Positions 1 through 12,087 of a DNA stretch of 64,000 nucleotides are shown here, piece after piece. This DNA comes from Moniliella sp. 'wahieum'. Lineage: Eukaryota. The stretch's first letter is position 1, and each line of letters begins with the position of its first letter. Under the pieces are notes generated by a model, which saw only the letters and a list, made by a program, of their open reading frames with translations, searched no databases and had not been told where the DNA came from. Both the position numbers and the translations under genes were made by a program. The DNA lies in NCBI GenBank assembly GCA_003971905.1, contig RSEE01000018.1:310001-374000 (forward strand), in the 5' to 3' direction.

Positions 1-498
1 CTGGCTCCGATCCTCATTCGAAGTGCCTTCCCTTCCGCCACGTTCACGTTCACGTTCACGTCACAGTCATATCGGCATTCACGTCGACGTTATATTCCTC
101 TCTTCGTCACGTGCGGGCGGGGGGAATAAAGGCAGCGGCGCGTGAGTAGGTGGCAGCGTCGGTGGCACGGTTAGAACGGACCGAGTCGGCAGAGTCGGTA
201 GAGGGGAGAGGGTGGGCAGAGGGGATAGAGTGGATAGGGTGGATAGGACGGGGAGAGTGGGTGGGGACGTTAATGGAAGGAGGAGGAAGCACGGGCACAG
301 GTGCAGGCGCAGACGCAGACGAATGCGTAGCTCCTCTCGCGTGGGGCGGGGGAAGGAAGCCTCCACCTCGCTCGAGATCGAAGAGCGTACAGAACCAGAA
401 TCAACGGCAGAGCAACGTCGTTTGTAGCAGAACCCCGGCATCCTCAGAACAACGGAGGCGCCGTTCACGCCTACCACACCAGCATCGCCGCCACAATA

Positions 499-1797
499 TC
501 ACCACCACCATCCTCCGGCCCTGCACCAGGCCGTTAAGTCCCCCTCGGATGCAGGGGGCACGACGGCGCCTTCGGGGTCGAGCTGCAGGGCGCGGGAGCG
601 TGTTTGGAGCTGGACACTACTGGTTCGGGCGGCCTCGGCAAACGCGCGGTCCAACTCGGCGGCTTCCTGGGGATCTTCCACATCCGCTTCCAAGTCGGCG
701 TAGGCGCGGCACATAGGACACGTAAACGCCGGATGACAGCGGAGCAACAGGGGGCGAATGCACTTGTAATGAAACGCATGCGAGCACGGTGCGAGAAACA
801 ACGATTGGCACACCGATACGTTGAAGAGGCAGATGCAGCATTCCGATACTGGGGGGGAGGTGGCCGGGGAAGAGGAGGAAGTGGAGGTTGAAGTGGAAGT
901 GGACGTGGAAAGGGAAGTGGAAGTGGGGTGGGAGGAAGTGGATGCACCGATCGGAGCAGCCGTTGTAGTTGCGCCAGCGGCAGCCGACGCGCCAGGCAGA
1001 GCGTCCCCCCTCGTAACTGGCTTGGCAACGCTGGTGGCATCGGGTTCAGCGTCGTCGGGATCGTTTCTGGGCTCGTCTCTGGTTCGGCCGGCCGACTGGA
1101 GCGTGCGCAGTTGTCGCAAGGCAGCCATGTTGAACTCGTTGGGACGATGTTGCCAGGAGCGATTGAGTTCAACACGCATCAAGACAGCACGATAGTTCTG
1201 TTCGGTGCGCGACTGGTAATCCACCCCGAGCTGAATACAGTCGCCATCGCGAATTTGGATCGGGGGCGAAGTATGGCCCGGCTCGGCAAGCCGGTGGTGG
1301 TTGAGAAACGTACCAGAACTCGAACCGGTATCACGAAGGAAAAATTGCCCCGTCCAGTCGCACCAGAGATGCGCGTGACTGCGACTGACCACCTTGCTCA
1401 AAAACGAAATCCGCTCTTGGTCGATCCACCCGCCTTCGCCCCCCTGGCTGGGATCGTGCCGCCCCGTGCGCCCGGACGCGGGTGCAAGACCGCCGTGGGC
1501 AGGTGGGCAAACATTCGGCCTGCCACTCCGGTCCGGTCGGTGAAGCGGCCAACGTGAATCACCGGCGATGGCTGCACTGGCGAGACGGGGTCAAGTCGCG
1601 CTCGATCGCATCGAACACGACGGGAGTGCGGCTGCGGGAGATATGGGGGACGAGACGGATGCGGTAGGTGGGCGGTGTGGTGGAGGGAGGAGGGGTGCTG
1701 GCACGGAAGCGGGATCGGAGGGAGTGGAGGGGGCAGAGGGGGCAGAGGGGTCGGGCGGGGCGTGGGGCGTGGGAGCGGCCATGGGGCGGTCGGACAT
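499..1797 (-). CDS. DMA1: FHA + RING-H2 E3 ubiquitin ligase (Dma1/Chf family)
   Basis: FHA motifs IGRFTD...SKVVSRSHA..FFLRDTGSSSGTFLN..DGDCIQLGVDY; RING CCIC...LFLAPCSHAFHYKCIRP...FTCPMCRAYADLEADVE. Split over several frames by indels. The C-terminus may extend into the S/T/P-rich ORF ending at 79. Confidence 0.92.
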
Positions 1798-2535
1798 GGC
1801 GGCAATAGCGACGACGGTAGCGACGGGGGCTAATGGGTGGCGCCAGCGATGGAAATGGGGCGATGGGGCGAGGGAGAGGCGAGGGCGAGGGTGCTGGCGA
1901 AGACGACGGCGGTGGCGATGGCAAGGGGAGGAGAGGAGGCGGTGGTGGAAGCGAGCGCTTGGGCCGAGTGGAGAGGCCGCCAGCCAGCTGCGGCCCCCCC
2001 GCCCGCCCACGGAGCTAAGCTAACCCGTTCCGCCGCCCCGTTCCGCCCCGCCCAGCCCCGACTCGGCCGCAGCCGAATTGAACACCAGACGGAAGACAAG
2101 CATCGAGGTACGACCTGCGATCTAAGCGCCACCCCTCTCCCCTCCCCCCGCCAACCTGTCCACTGGATCACTGCATCCGACAGCCCCCCTTTCTTGCCCG
2201 TCCGCTGGTGTGTGCTCTCATCCGCACCACGACAGTCATTCGCGACCCGTGGATCGCAGCCCCCCACCCCTGAGATCTGATAACACGATCGCATCCGTGC
2301 ATTGCAAGTCCATAGCGATAGCCAACGTAGCTCTCTCCTTCCTGCCGCCCGCCCATCCCACGCAACGTTCACCCCACGAATCATTCCCGCCCCGGCCCAG
2401 TACACGCTTCAGACCAGTATGCTTCAAAGTTACACGCTTACACGCTTCCAAGCCTCAAGCTTACAAGTACGCGGCGAGACGGGGGCAATGGAATAAATGG
2501 CAGGAACACATCACGGCAGAGCTTGGCCGCGCAGG

Positions 2536-5339
2536 CTACGCGCCAAAATCTCTCTCCGCAGAACACTTGCACGACTCATCAAAGCGAGATCCTTTCCGTT
2601 TCGACACGGAGACCACGCACTTGTCTTGCGGCCCTTGCTGCCGTAGCTGCCCTTCTCGTTCCACTCTTCCACTCTTCCCGCCTTCCTTGATCCCATTTTC
2701 TTTGCTCTTGGCTCGATCCGCCCCCTCTTGGCTCTTGGGTCCGTAGCCCCCTCGTTGGTCTTGGCTCCTATCCTCACTCTTCCTCCGAATCCACCACCTG
2801 GACCCGGCGCGTATTCCGCGTCCGGCCCGTCCGGCCCGTCCCACGCGGCTCGGTCGCGGTCGGGTCGCGGTCGGAGCCAGCCTCGCGGTCGGAAGCGTGG
2901 TCAGAAGGAACGTGGGCAGGGGGTGGGGGTGTGCCCCCCGTGGCGAAGCCGACATGACGTCCGTAGTACCCGCCACTGCCTCTTCCTCTTCCTCCTCCTT
3001 CCTCCTCCTCTCATCCTCCTCATCCTCATAGTCGTCATACTCAGGCCCATCCGAATCGTTGTCAATGAACCCCGCCAAGTTCCCATGAGAATCAGCGTCG
3101 CTTGCGTGGTCCGATTCCGAGTCCACCGACTGAGCCGGCGAATGGGCATGGGAATGGGAACGGGAATGGGAATGGGGACCCGAAGGGGGATACGAACGAT
3201 ACGAAGGACGAGACGAAGGAGGTTGGGGTGGAACAGGGGCCATTCCAGCTCTCCTCTCCCCTCCCGCACCCGCACTCCCACCCCCTAACACCGGGTCGCA
3301 AGCCCGGTAGAACCGAGGGCAAGGACGGCAAGGCGGACGAAGAGGTGGCAGATGAATTCTGAAGGTCAGCGCGCACAAAGGGGCGAGGAGGTCGGATGCC
3401 GCGTGCGTTTTCCACTTCGCCAAGGACCCGGGAAGCGCGTCCAGGGTCCGGTGGGCCAACGACGGTACACCCGGTGCGTTTGTCGCCGACTTGCGCATCC
3501 GGATCATGACCACCACACGGTCCATTGCTTCCGACACCAAGCCCGATGCCGACGAGCGGGAGGAGGGAGCATCCGTGCTTGTCACAAGGTAGCCTTGATC
3601 CACCAAACCCATCATCACATTCACAATCCGGCGGTCGATCTCGGCAAAGCGAGTGCGCAAGTCAATGGGATCTGTCTCGTCGTCGGGATGGTACGAGAGG
3701 GGCATGGGGCCGCTCCGGCCGAGAGAGGGCGTGGTCAGGGACACGGTGGGTACTGGCAAGGGGGGGTACACGGCGGCATCGGAATCGGAATCGGATGGGG
3801 AGTGAGACTCGCTTTCGCCCCCGTCCCACTCGGCGCCCCATGCTTCCAGCTCGTTCATGGCCGCCGAGGGGAAGTGGGAAGGTCGTCGCGCGTGTAACGG
3901 TGGCTACTGCGAACACGAGTTGGGTCAGTAATTCATATCCACAGAGGCCAAGAAAGAAGGACAGTGAGGAGCGAAAGAGGGTACGTACCACCCCTGACAA
4001 ATCCAATAGTCCACTTCACTGTGGCATCGGGGACACCGCCAAATAAAGTCCTGCTCGTCCCAGCTTAGCGCGAACGAAGGGGCATGGTCTGGAAACAGAT
4101 CGTAAACACACCCCGACCGTTTGCCTTGGGCCAGCGTTTGCGCTTTACGCAATCGCTCGGTCAGCCCGGCCTGCTCGTCCCGCTCCGCTGCGGTGGGGAT
4201 TCGGGACTCGATCTGAGCCTCCCCCGCGCCCCGCCCCCCCCTGATCCGACGAGGCATCGGGTTCGACGTGGATTCCAATTGGGGGGCCGACGTGGGGCCC
4301 GATGTGGGGCCTGATGTGGGATTCGTTGGATTCGAGTTGGGTTGGCGGGAGGGAGGGACGTGGTCGTGCCGATACCTTGTCCCAAGTTGGGAAGCTCCCT
4401 GGATAGGTATTTAACATGACCGGCGTACATCCTGCGCAGCTGGGCTCCTCCGCTATCGAGGCGTTCGGTGATCGATTTGGGGATCCACAACTCGATCGGT
4501 GCATGGGTGAGAGTGGTGCGGCACCGAGGACAGTGCTTACGTTGACTCAAGAGCGATTCGTTACCATTCAAGCTGTGGTGGAACCAGGAATGAGGCAGCC
4601 AAGGCAGAACACGTGGCCACACGGAACCAAGCTGGTGCAAAGAGCGCGTCAGTTTTGTTGTCCTTCCTTCCGTCTGTCCGTCCGTCCAGCACTTGGGGCA
4701 GGCGGGTTGGGTTGGACCGACCGGACAGAGATAGGACAACGACCGAAGAAGAAGAAAAGACGTACGTATGAGGCCGCCAGAAAGGGGAGCAGCAGATACC
4801 ACACACGTCACGTCTTCTTGGATCCCGCCGAGCAGCTGGGTCTCGCATTTGGCCACCAGAGCGTATGCGTCAGCCTCGGTCGCTAGCGAAGCGTTGCGGG
4901 ATCGGAGGGTGCGTGTGAGGAAATGATTCTCTATGTCATCAGGTGCAACACTGGCGCAGCACAGCGCAGGCGCAGCTGCAGACGCACCGTCAGGGCCAGC
5001 AGAAGCGGAAGCCGAGGGACCCCGACGGAGGGCGTCGGTGGGTGCCGAAGCGGCGGGAGGAGCGGATGGGTCCAAGTTTTCGGCGTTTGCGCACAGGCTG
5101 GCCCTCGGCGTCTGGGTCAAGGTCAAGAGTGGCCTGCGGAAGGGGAGGGGAGGGCGAGGCAGCGGTGCGGGCGGCGCGCTTGCGTTTTTTGGAGCGCAGC
5201 CGCTTCTTGCCCTTGCGGTCGGCGTCGGCGGGCGCGGGCGAGGGCGAGTGGGCGGGGGCGGCGGTGGTGGAGGTGGAGGCGGAGGCGGAGGCGGCGGCGG
5301 CGGGGGCGAGGCGCGCTTGCTCTTGCTCTTGCTGGCCAT
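2536..5339 (-). CDS. C3HC4 RING E3 ligase, Psh1-like, with second Cys4 motif and acidic C-terminal region
   Basis: Splicing intron 4632-4765 (GTACGT..CAG) gives CGICCSPFWRPHTLVPCGHVFCLGCL...KHCPRCR. Splicing the intron at ~3906-3987 gives DEQDFIWRCPRCHSEVDYWICQGCSHRY. Acidic tail LAGFIDNDSD..DDYEDEED. Ends approximate. Confidence 0.72.
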
Positions 5340-5371
5340 CGTGGTGGAGGGCAGCGGGAGGCAGCTGGACC

Positions 5372-5413
<42 letters not shown>

Positions 5414-5434
5414 GTCTGTCTGTCTGTCTGTCTG
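5372..5434. repeat. (GTCT)n microsatellite between divergent RING and C2H2 genes
   Basis: About 15 copies of GTCT with one interruption. Confidence 0.95.
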
Positions 5435-5658
5435 GGCCACCTGGCCCCCTGCCCACCGCCGCCCCTTGCAGGTCCCGTCGGCCGCCCGTTCCGCCCATTC
5501 CGCCCCAACCCTACGGCGTGCCCAAAACATCACCCCGTCACGTGCCCGCCCAGACACCCGTCACATCACCATCCCCCCAAGGCAGAACAGAATCGATACA
5601 AAAATAGAAAAAACCAAATAAACCCCCACCCTCTCGCCCTCCACCGCCTTCGCCCCCC

Positions 5659-8374
5659 ATGGACGCCGCCGAGCACGACCCCCCGCTCAACCAGGCCGAC
5701 ATCGACGCCGTCGCCGCCGCCATGGCCGCCTCGGGCTGGAGCCTCGACGACCTCGGTGCCCTGGACGACGACGCTGAGGCCGAGCCCGAGCAGCGCCCCC
5801 TTCCTCCTCCGCCGCCGCCGTGCTCCTCCGCCGCTTGCCGCCCGCGCCACGTCGGGCGCCTCGGATTCTTCCGGTGCTTCGGTGGTCGCAACCAACAGGG
5901 GAGGAAGAAGCGAGTCATGCCGCCCTCTTGGCCCTCTTGTCCGCCGCCACCGCCCCCGCCCTCGCCCAAAGCCACCGCTCCCTCCAGCTCCGACCCCCGC
6001 CCACAACGCTGCCCGCCTTGACGAAGCAGGCGGACAGACGCCGTTGGATCCCACGCTGTCCACCCCTTCCATTCCTGCCCCGGCCCCTGCCCCTCCTCCT
6101 GGCGCCGGAGCAGCCCACCCCACCCCGCCCCCTCCCTGGCCTCACCCGCCCCCCCGCCTTCTGCTTCGTCGCGCCCTCCCCTCCCTGTCGAAGGTGGAAA
6201 ACGACGGCGCGGTCGGCCACCCAAGGCGCCCGTGCCGGAATCGACGCAGTTCATTACCACACACCAAGGCCACGTGATTGGAGAAAGTACCTTCACCGCA
6301 GCCGGGGTGCACTTTGAGTCGCAATCGCCCATCCCAGCTGGGTTGATGGACGATTGGAGTCATGCCGAGCCGCATCGTACGGCGGCTGGGGACGTGATCT
6401 GTCCCTTTCCCGGCTGCGGGAAGTTTTTCCCCAAGAACCGCGCGTACAATTTGAAAGCGCATTTGCGTTGTCATGGCCCGTTTCGGCCGTACAAATGCCT
6501 CCGGTGCGACATGGCGTTCACGCGCAAACACGATCTCGAACGACACGCACGCAAACATGTACGTTTCCCCCTTCCTCCTTCTTAGCAATGCTCCCGCCCC
6601 CAATCCGATGGAGAGGTTTCTGACTTACCACCCCTCCCCTCCCCCACTTTCTTTTTCCAAAAACAAACAAACAAACTTCAGACTGGGGATAAACCGTACC
6701 TGTGCGAAGTATGTTTTGCCTCGTTCCAACGCTCCGACGCGCTACGGCACCATTGGCGTTCGGAACGTGCATGTGGGCTCAGGATTGCCGAGATGGCGCA
6801 GGAGGGTACGTTGGGTCAGCACGCCCATGATTTGCTCACCAACGACCCTTTGTTGAGAGCCCCTCTGCTGGACGCCCCCGACCACGACCGCCGTGCGCCC
6901 GCGCCCGCATCCACCACCACCACCGCTGCTGCCGCTGCCGCCGCCGCCGCTACCCCAACCCCACTCCCGCCCGGACCTATGTTCCCACTCGGATTTGGAC
7001 CGGGCCCCGGCATGCCTACCTACCTACCTCCCCAGCCCATCAAACGCAAACGCGGTCGACCACGCAAACATGCTGTGCCACCTGTCGCACCGAGCGCACC
7101 TGTGCCGCCCCCGTGGTCGATGATGTCGTTCCCCGGGGCCGGGATGGGCGCTGGGATGAGCAGTGGGATGGGAGCGGGCATGCCGCCCGTTCCCTTACAA
7201 TCCGTATGGCTTTTCACCGTTTATGCCGTTTGTCCCGTATGGCTACGGCATGGTTCCTGGCAAGCAGTCGGACCGCCGCTGCCGCAGGGGTAGCCAGTAT
7301 CGGCAGTATCGCTCCCGTCCTCGTGGTCGTGCCCACCCGCATTCGCGCTCCCACCTACGATCGCCGCTCCACGTCTTCGCGCTCCTCCTCGGGATCGGAT
7401 CCTCGTCGGATCTACATCGGGGTCGGGAACTGCGTCGGGTTCGGGGGGATCGGGGTCCGGTCGGAATCGGGTCCGGGTCCGGTCCGAGTCGGAACCCGAG
7501 ACGGATCGGGTGGGTGGGCGCGCCGAACTGGCTCCCGCCACTGAGCGCATGGAGACCAGCCAGGTGACGCAGGCGCAGGAGGATACGGGGTGGCGCCGCA
7601 CTGCGCCAACTTCAGCGCTTGCAAGATCAATTGGACCGCGAAGAGGCGGTGGGAAGCCTGCCGCTGCCTCAACCGCTACCCCGCCGCCGCCCCCCACCGT
7701 ACTCGCACACGGCGCCGCAATCTGTACCTGCACCAGAGCCTGCGCCTGCTTCTGTGCCTGCATCTGTCCTGCATCTGCCCCTGAACCTGCCCGAATCTGT
7801 ACCACCGACGACGTCGGCGAAGGGGGTGGAAGAGCGTGGGGAGTTACCGTTTCGCCTACGTTGCCCACGTCGGATCCTTCCCGCATTCCGAGCGAGAAGG
7901 ACACGGCGATGAGACCAACGGGTCGAGGGGGCTTGGCTTCGGGTCCTGCTGCCCCCCGCATGTCGGATAAGGATACGGATGCGGATGCTCCAGGGCGGGA
8001 GGACCGTGAGTCGAAGCGCAAAGGAGATGCCGCCAAGCTTCCGGCTCCACCCAAGGCTCTCTGCGAGCTCTGATGTGGGCTCACATGTGGCCCGACCTGC
8101 GGAGGAGGTGCGGATGCAGAGGGGGATGCCGGAGAGGAGATGGAGCTGGGGGATCTGGACGAGGCGGACCTGGCGCTGCTGTACGCTGCGGCGCAGGAGG
8201 TGGAGGTGGAGGAGGAGGCGGCGGCAGAGGCGGTCAAAGAGGCGCAGGAGGCAGAGGTGCCAAGACGAGGGCGAGTGCGGCGCCGAAGCGTGCGGCCGAG
8301 GGGAGCGCGGTGGGCGCCAAGCGGCTGCGTGTGGGCTAGGAGCAGGCGCTGTCCGAGGCATGGCTGCTTGCTAG
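5659..8374 (+). CDS. C2H2 zinc-finger transcription factor (3 fingers) with AT-hook
   Basis: CPFPGCGKFF..YNLKAHLRCH-GPFRPYKCLRCDMAFTRKHDLERHARKH, intron ~6559-6681 (GTACGT..CAG), then TGDKPYLCEVCFASFQRSDALRHHWR. AT-hook KRKRGRPRK at ~7042-7068. 3' end uncertain. Confidence 0.88.
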
Positions 8375-8619
8375 CTTGCTGGATGTATGGATGTATGAAT
8401 GATGGAGAGAGCGTCTCTTGCCTTTCCCTCGCCCGTTGCGGGATGGGATGTTGTGTGTAGATGAGCTATAGATCGGCTATAGTTCCCGCAAAACGCGCGC
8501 GCCCTGCCTCGAACCAGCGGCGCGCGGGCGGACGCCAGCCTCCATCAGCAGCCCACACCGAGACTAGAAATTGAAACGAGCACCGCCGCCTGGCGCTTCC
8601 CACCACCTCGTCTTCTCGC

Positions 8620-11600
8620 GTGCGCTGCTTCCGGCCATCGCGCAGCCCCCCCGCCGCCACGCCCGCCGCCGACTCGCCGACGCGCCCCGCCCACGCCCAC
8701 GCACCCCGCCCCGCCCCTCGCGCACCGGGCTGGTGTACAACCCTCATGCTCCTCCACCGCCACCCCCCGTCGACGCCCACCCCGAAGCGCCCCTCCGCAC
8801 CGCCCACATCTTCCGCCTGCTCAAGACGTCGGCTACCTGGCCAAGCTCGTGCGCGTGCCCACGCGCGAAGCGCGTCGCAGCGAGATCCGCCGTGTCCACC
8901 CCAGGCTGTCGTGAGCGGCGTGTACAACAGCGCGCTCCTGCCCCCCGCTGTGCTTTCTGCCCAGGCTCCGCAGCTCGAGCGCGACAGCAGCTTGTACCTC
9001 AACGAGTACTCGGCTGTCTGTGCGCGTCTGTCGGCCGGCAGCTTGGTGGAGATGTGCGAGGGTCGTCTCAGGCCGCATCCGTAACGGCTTTGCCCTCATC
9101 CGTCCGCCCGGCACCACGCCGAGCCCGACCGCTCGATGGGCTTTTGTCTCTTCAACAATGTCGCGATTGCCGTGCGCGCCATGCAGGACCGCTACCCAGC
9201 CGGGAGGGGCGGTGCGACGAGTTGATGATTTTGGACTGGTCCGTCTTGCTCTTCCTTTCGCATTTGCGTTTTGTTGGGATGGTTGTTTTTTTTTTGTGCT
9301 TGTATGCGGACTGCTGACCCTTCTCTTTGCTCTCGTCGCCTTCGCACACAGGGACGTACACCATGGCAACGGCACCCAGGCCGTGTTCAACGACGATCCA
9401 TCGGTGCTGTACGTGTCACTGCATCGGTACGACGATGGCACGTTTTATCCCGGTGGTCCCTTTGGTCGGCGGAGAGCGTGGGTGTAGGTGCCGGACCGCG
9501 GGTACAGTGTCAATGTGCCGTGGCCGACGTATGGCATGGGCGATGGCGACTACCTCGCTGCATTTGACCAGATCATCATGCCCATCGCTACCGAGTACGC
9601 GCCCTGACCTGGTCATCATCTCGGCCGGGTTTGATGCGGCCAAGGGCGACCCGCTCGGGCTGAACTTGGTTTCGCCCACGGCTATGCGCACATGACCAGC
9701 CGTCTTGCCGAGCTGGCCGGCGTCGCTTGGTGGTGGCGCTCGAAGGCGGGTACAATGTCGATGCCATCGCTCCTCTGCCTTGGCTGTGACACGCGTCTTG
9801 CTCGGCGAAGCATCCTCCTGCCTTGCCACCACGCACCATCGCATCGCCAACAGCACGAAGGACGTGTGCCAAAGTGCGCAGTGTGCATGCTCGCTTTTGG
9901 ACCAACCTGGCCGACCCGGATCTGAGCAGTGAGGCCGACCCCTCGCGCTCTGCCACTACTACCGCTACCACTACTTCAGCTTCTGCTACTACATCTGCCG
10001 CCGCCGCCTCGCCAGCCTCGAGCGGAGAGGACAATCACCCCCGGCCAAACGCCGCCGGATCGCCGCAACCGGACCGGCATGGTTATGCCATCCAGCCCTC
10101 GCCATCCCGGCGACCGAGGCGGACTTGCTGCAGATTTGGCGGGAAAAGGTATATTGGGACCACTACCAGCTGACCCCGTTTGCCCTTCCCGACCCACCAC
10201 CGTATGCCTACCTGCCCGACCACTCAGACCTCCCGCCCGCTTCGCTCGCCGAGCCAGACCAAACCCAAGATCAAGGCCAAGAGCAGACCCCGTCGCGGGT
10301 CGAACCGGCACCTGCAACAGCATCCGCAACCGCTACTACCACAGCAACTTCCACAGCAGCAGCAGCAGCAACAACACGGGCGGACCCTGTTGACCTTACA
10401 GCCGGTGCGAACGGTGCGAACGGTGCGAACAGTGCGAACGGTGCGAACAGTGCGAACGGTGCGAACAGTGCGAACGGTGCGAACAGTGCGAACGGTGCGA
10501 ACGGTGCGAACGGTACGGCGGGCGGTGGCTCTACTCTGCCCGCTCTACCCGCTCTGCCCGGCGGGCTGACGACGTGGCCGGTGCCCACCTCGGAATCGGA
10601 CGCGCCCCGGCGCAAACGATGCCTCCCACCACCGCCCGTTGCCCCGCTGGTTCACGCCATGCTGCCGTACGACTTTTTCGCCTCGGCCGACCAAACGGCC
10701 CACGGTGTGCCCCCTGACCCCTGTAGCTCCGGGTCTGGGTCAGGCTCCGGCTCAGGATCGGGCGTCCAGCCTGCTACAACCTCAGCCAAGGGCTACCGTG
10801 CCGTGATGCTCTACGTGCACGATACGGGGCCCTACCGTGCTGGGTGGGTGCACGAAAGTGGTACGCCGCTGGACAACAGTGGGGGCTGGACCTTGCCTCG
10901 GTCCCGGACCCCGCACGCTCGTCGCGTGAACCTGAGCCCGCGTCCAATCCCAACCCCAACCCCAATACCAATACCAACCCCAATCCTAATCCCAACGACC
11001 ATCATGATCGTGATCCGAACCGGGACGATGACGTCGCTCTTGACCTGGGCGCGGGCCAACCGGGTGGCTGTGGTGGACGTGTGCGCGTTGGTGGCGCCGG
11101 TCCTATCGGCTCCGATGGCGCAACGACCGTACAGTACCTCGTACACCGGCGTGGGGAAAGAAGTGATGGCGCAGCTTGCGCGCTGGGCCGGCTCTCGGTA
11201 TCGTGCTCCGGTGAGTGTGCAGGACGCGATTGGGCTCGCGGCGATCGCAGCGTGGGATGGGGCGGTGAGTTTGTGTGGGCTTCCGCGGATTCTGGTGGGC
11301 AGTGGCAGTGCCGGTGTGGACGGCGTGATGGCGGTCATAGCGGCGCGCGGGACGGAAAGTGGCTGCGATTGTCCAACTGGCTGGCATGGGCGCTGTGCCG
11401 CACACGCCTGGACCAGCACGATCGCCGCTCATTTCCCCAGGGCGGGAGCGGGACTGGGCGTGTCGCACCACGACCGTCTGTTGGCCGCCCGGTTGGAAGC
11501 CGAACAGGTGACGCAAGTGTACCACGATCGGTCCTTGGTCTTGCTCCCCCACACGCATCCGGCTGCCTCCCTCGCGGTCCCTCTCGGCGCGACATGGTAC

Positions 11601-12027
11601 GATTTCCGTGTCGAGCTGTGTTAGTCCCACCCGGCTCGTCGCTGAGGAGATGGGCCGGATCACCGCGTTCCTCAACGACAAATTGGGCTTTGCTTCTGGC
11701 CCTGCCGTGTCGGACTCTGCTCCTGCTCCTGCTGATTCTGCTCCTGCTCCTGCTCCTGCTCCGGCTACTGCTACTGCTCCGGGCTGCACCGGCTGCTGCT
11801 TCCGCCCCTGTTCCTGCTGCGCCCCCTGTCCCGGCCGCGGCCCCTGCTCCTGCTCCTGCTCCCGTCCCTGCTCCTGCTCCTGCTCCTGTCCCTGCTCCAG
11901 CCATGGCCTCAGCCACACCTCAGCCTCGACCTCTGCCCCTGCTGCCTCGACTGCTCCAACCGCTCCCACCGCTCCCACTGCTCTCCCGCCCCCCGAGGCG
12001 GGCGCGACGCATGCCGCCGCAGTGTAA
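8620..12027 (+). CDS. HDA1: Class II histone deacetylase Hda1/Clr3 with C-terminal Arb2-like region
   Basis: [59 protein letters not shown]|intron ~9239-9351|[43 protein letters not shown]. Many indels; start codon not clearly located. Confidence 0.93.
10404..10514 (+). repeat. 9-bp coding tandem repeat (G/A)GTGCGAAC x12, encoding GAN/SAN
   Basis: Directly visible; lies in frame in ORF 10125..11624. Confidence 0.95.
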
Positions 12028-12087
12028 CGGAGGAAGAAAGGTAGGCAGGGCAAGCGCAAACTAAACTAAGGTAAGGTAAGATCACAA

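Noticed and set aside
9600..9612. In-frame TGA in HDA1 suggesting recoding or an alternative genetic code
   Set aside because: Explained by one extra C; the correct frame reads YAPDLVIIS.
11608..12027. Cys-rich metallothionein-like stretch (CSCSCS)
   Set aside because: Alternative frame of a (CCTGCT)n Ala-Pro repeat in the HDA1 tail.
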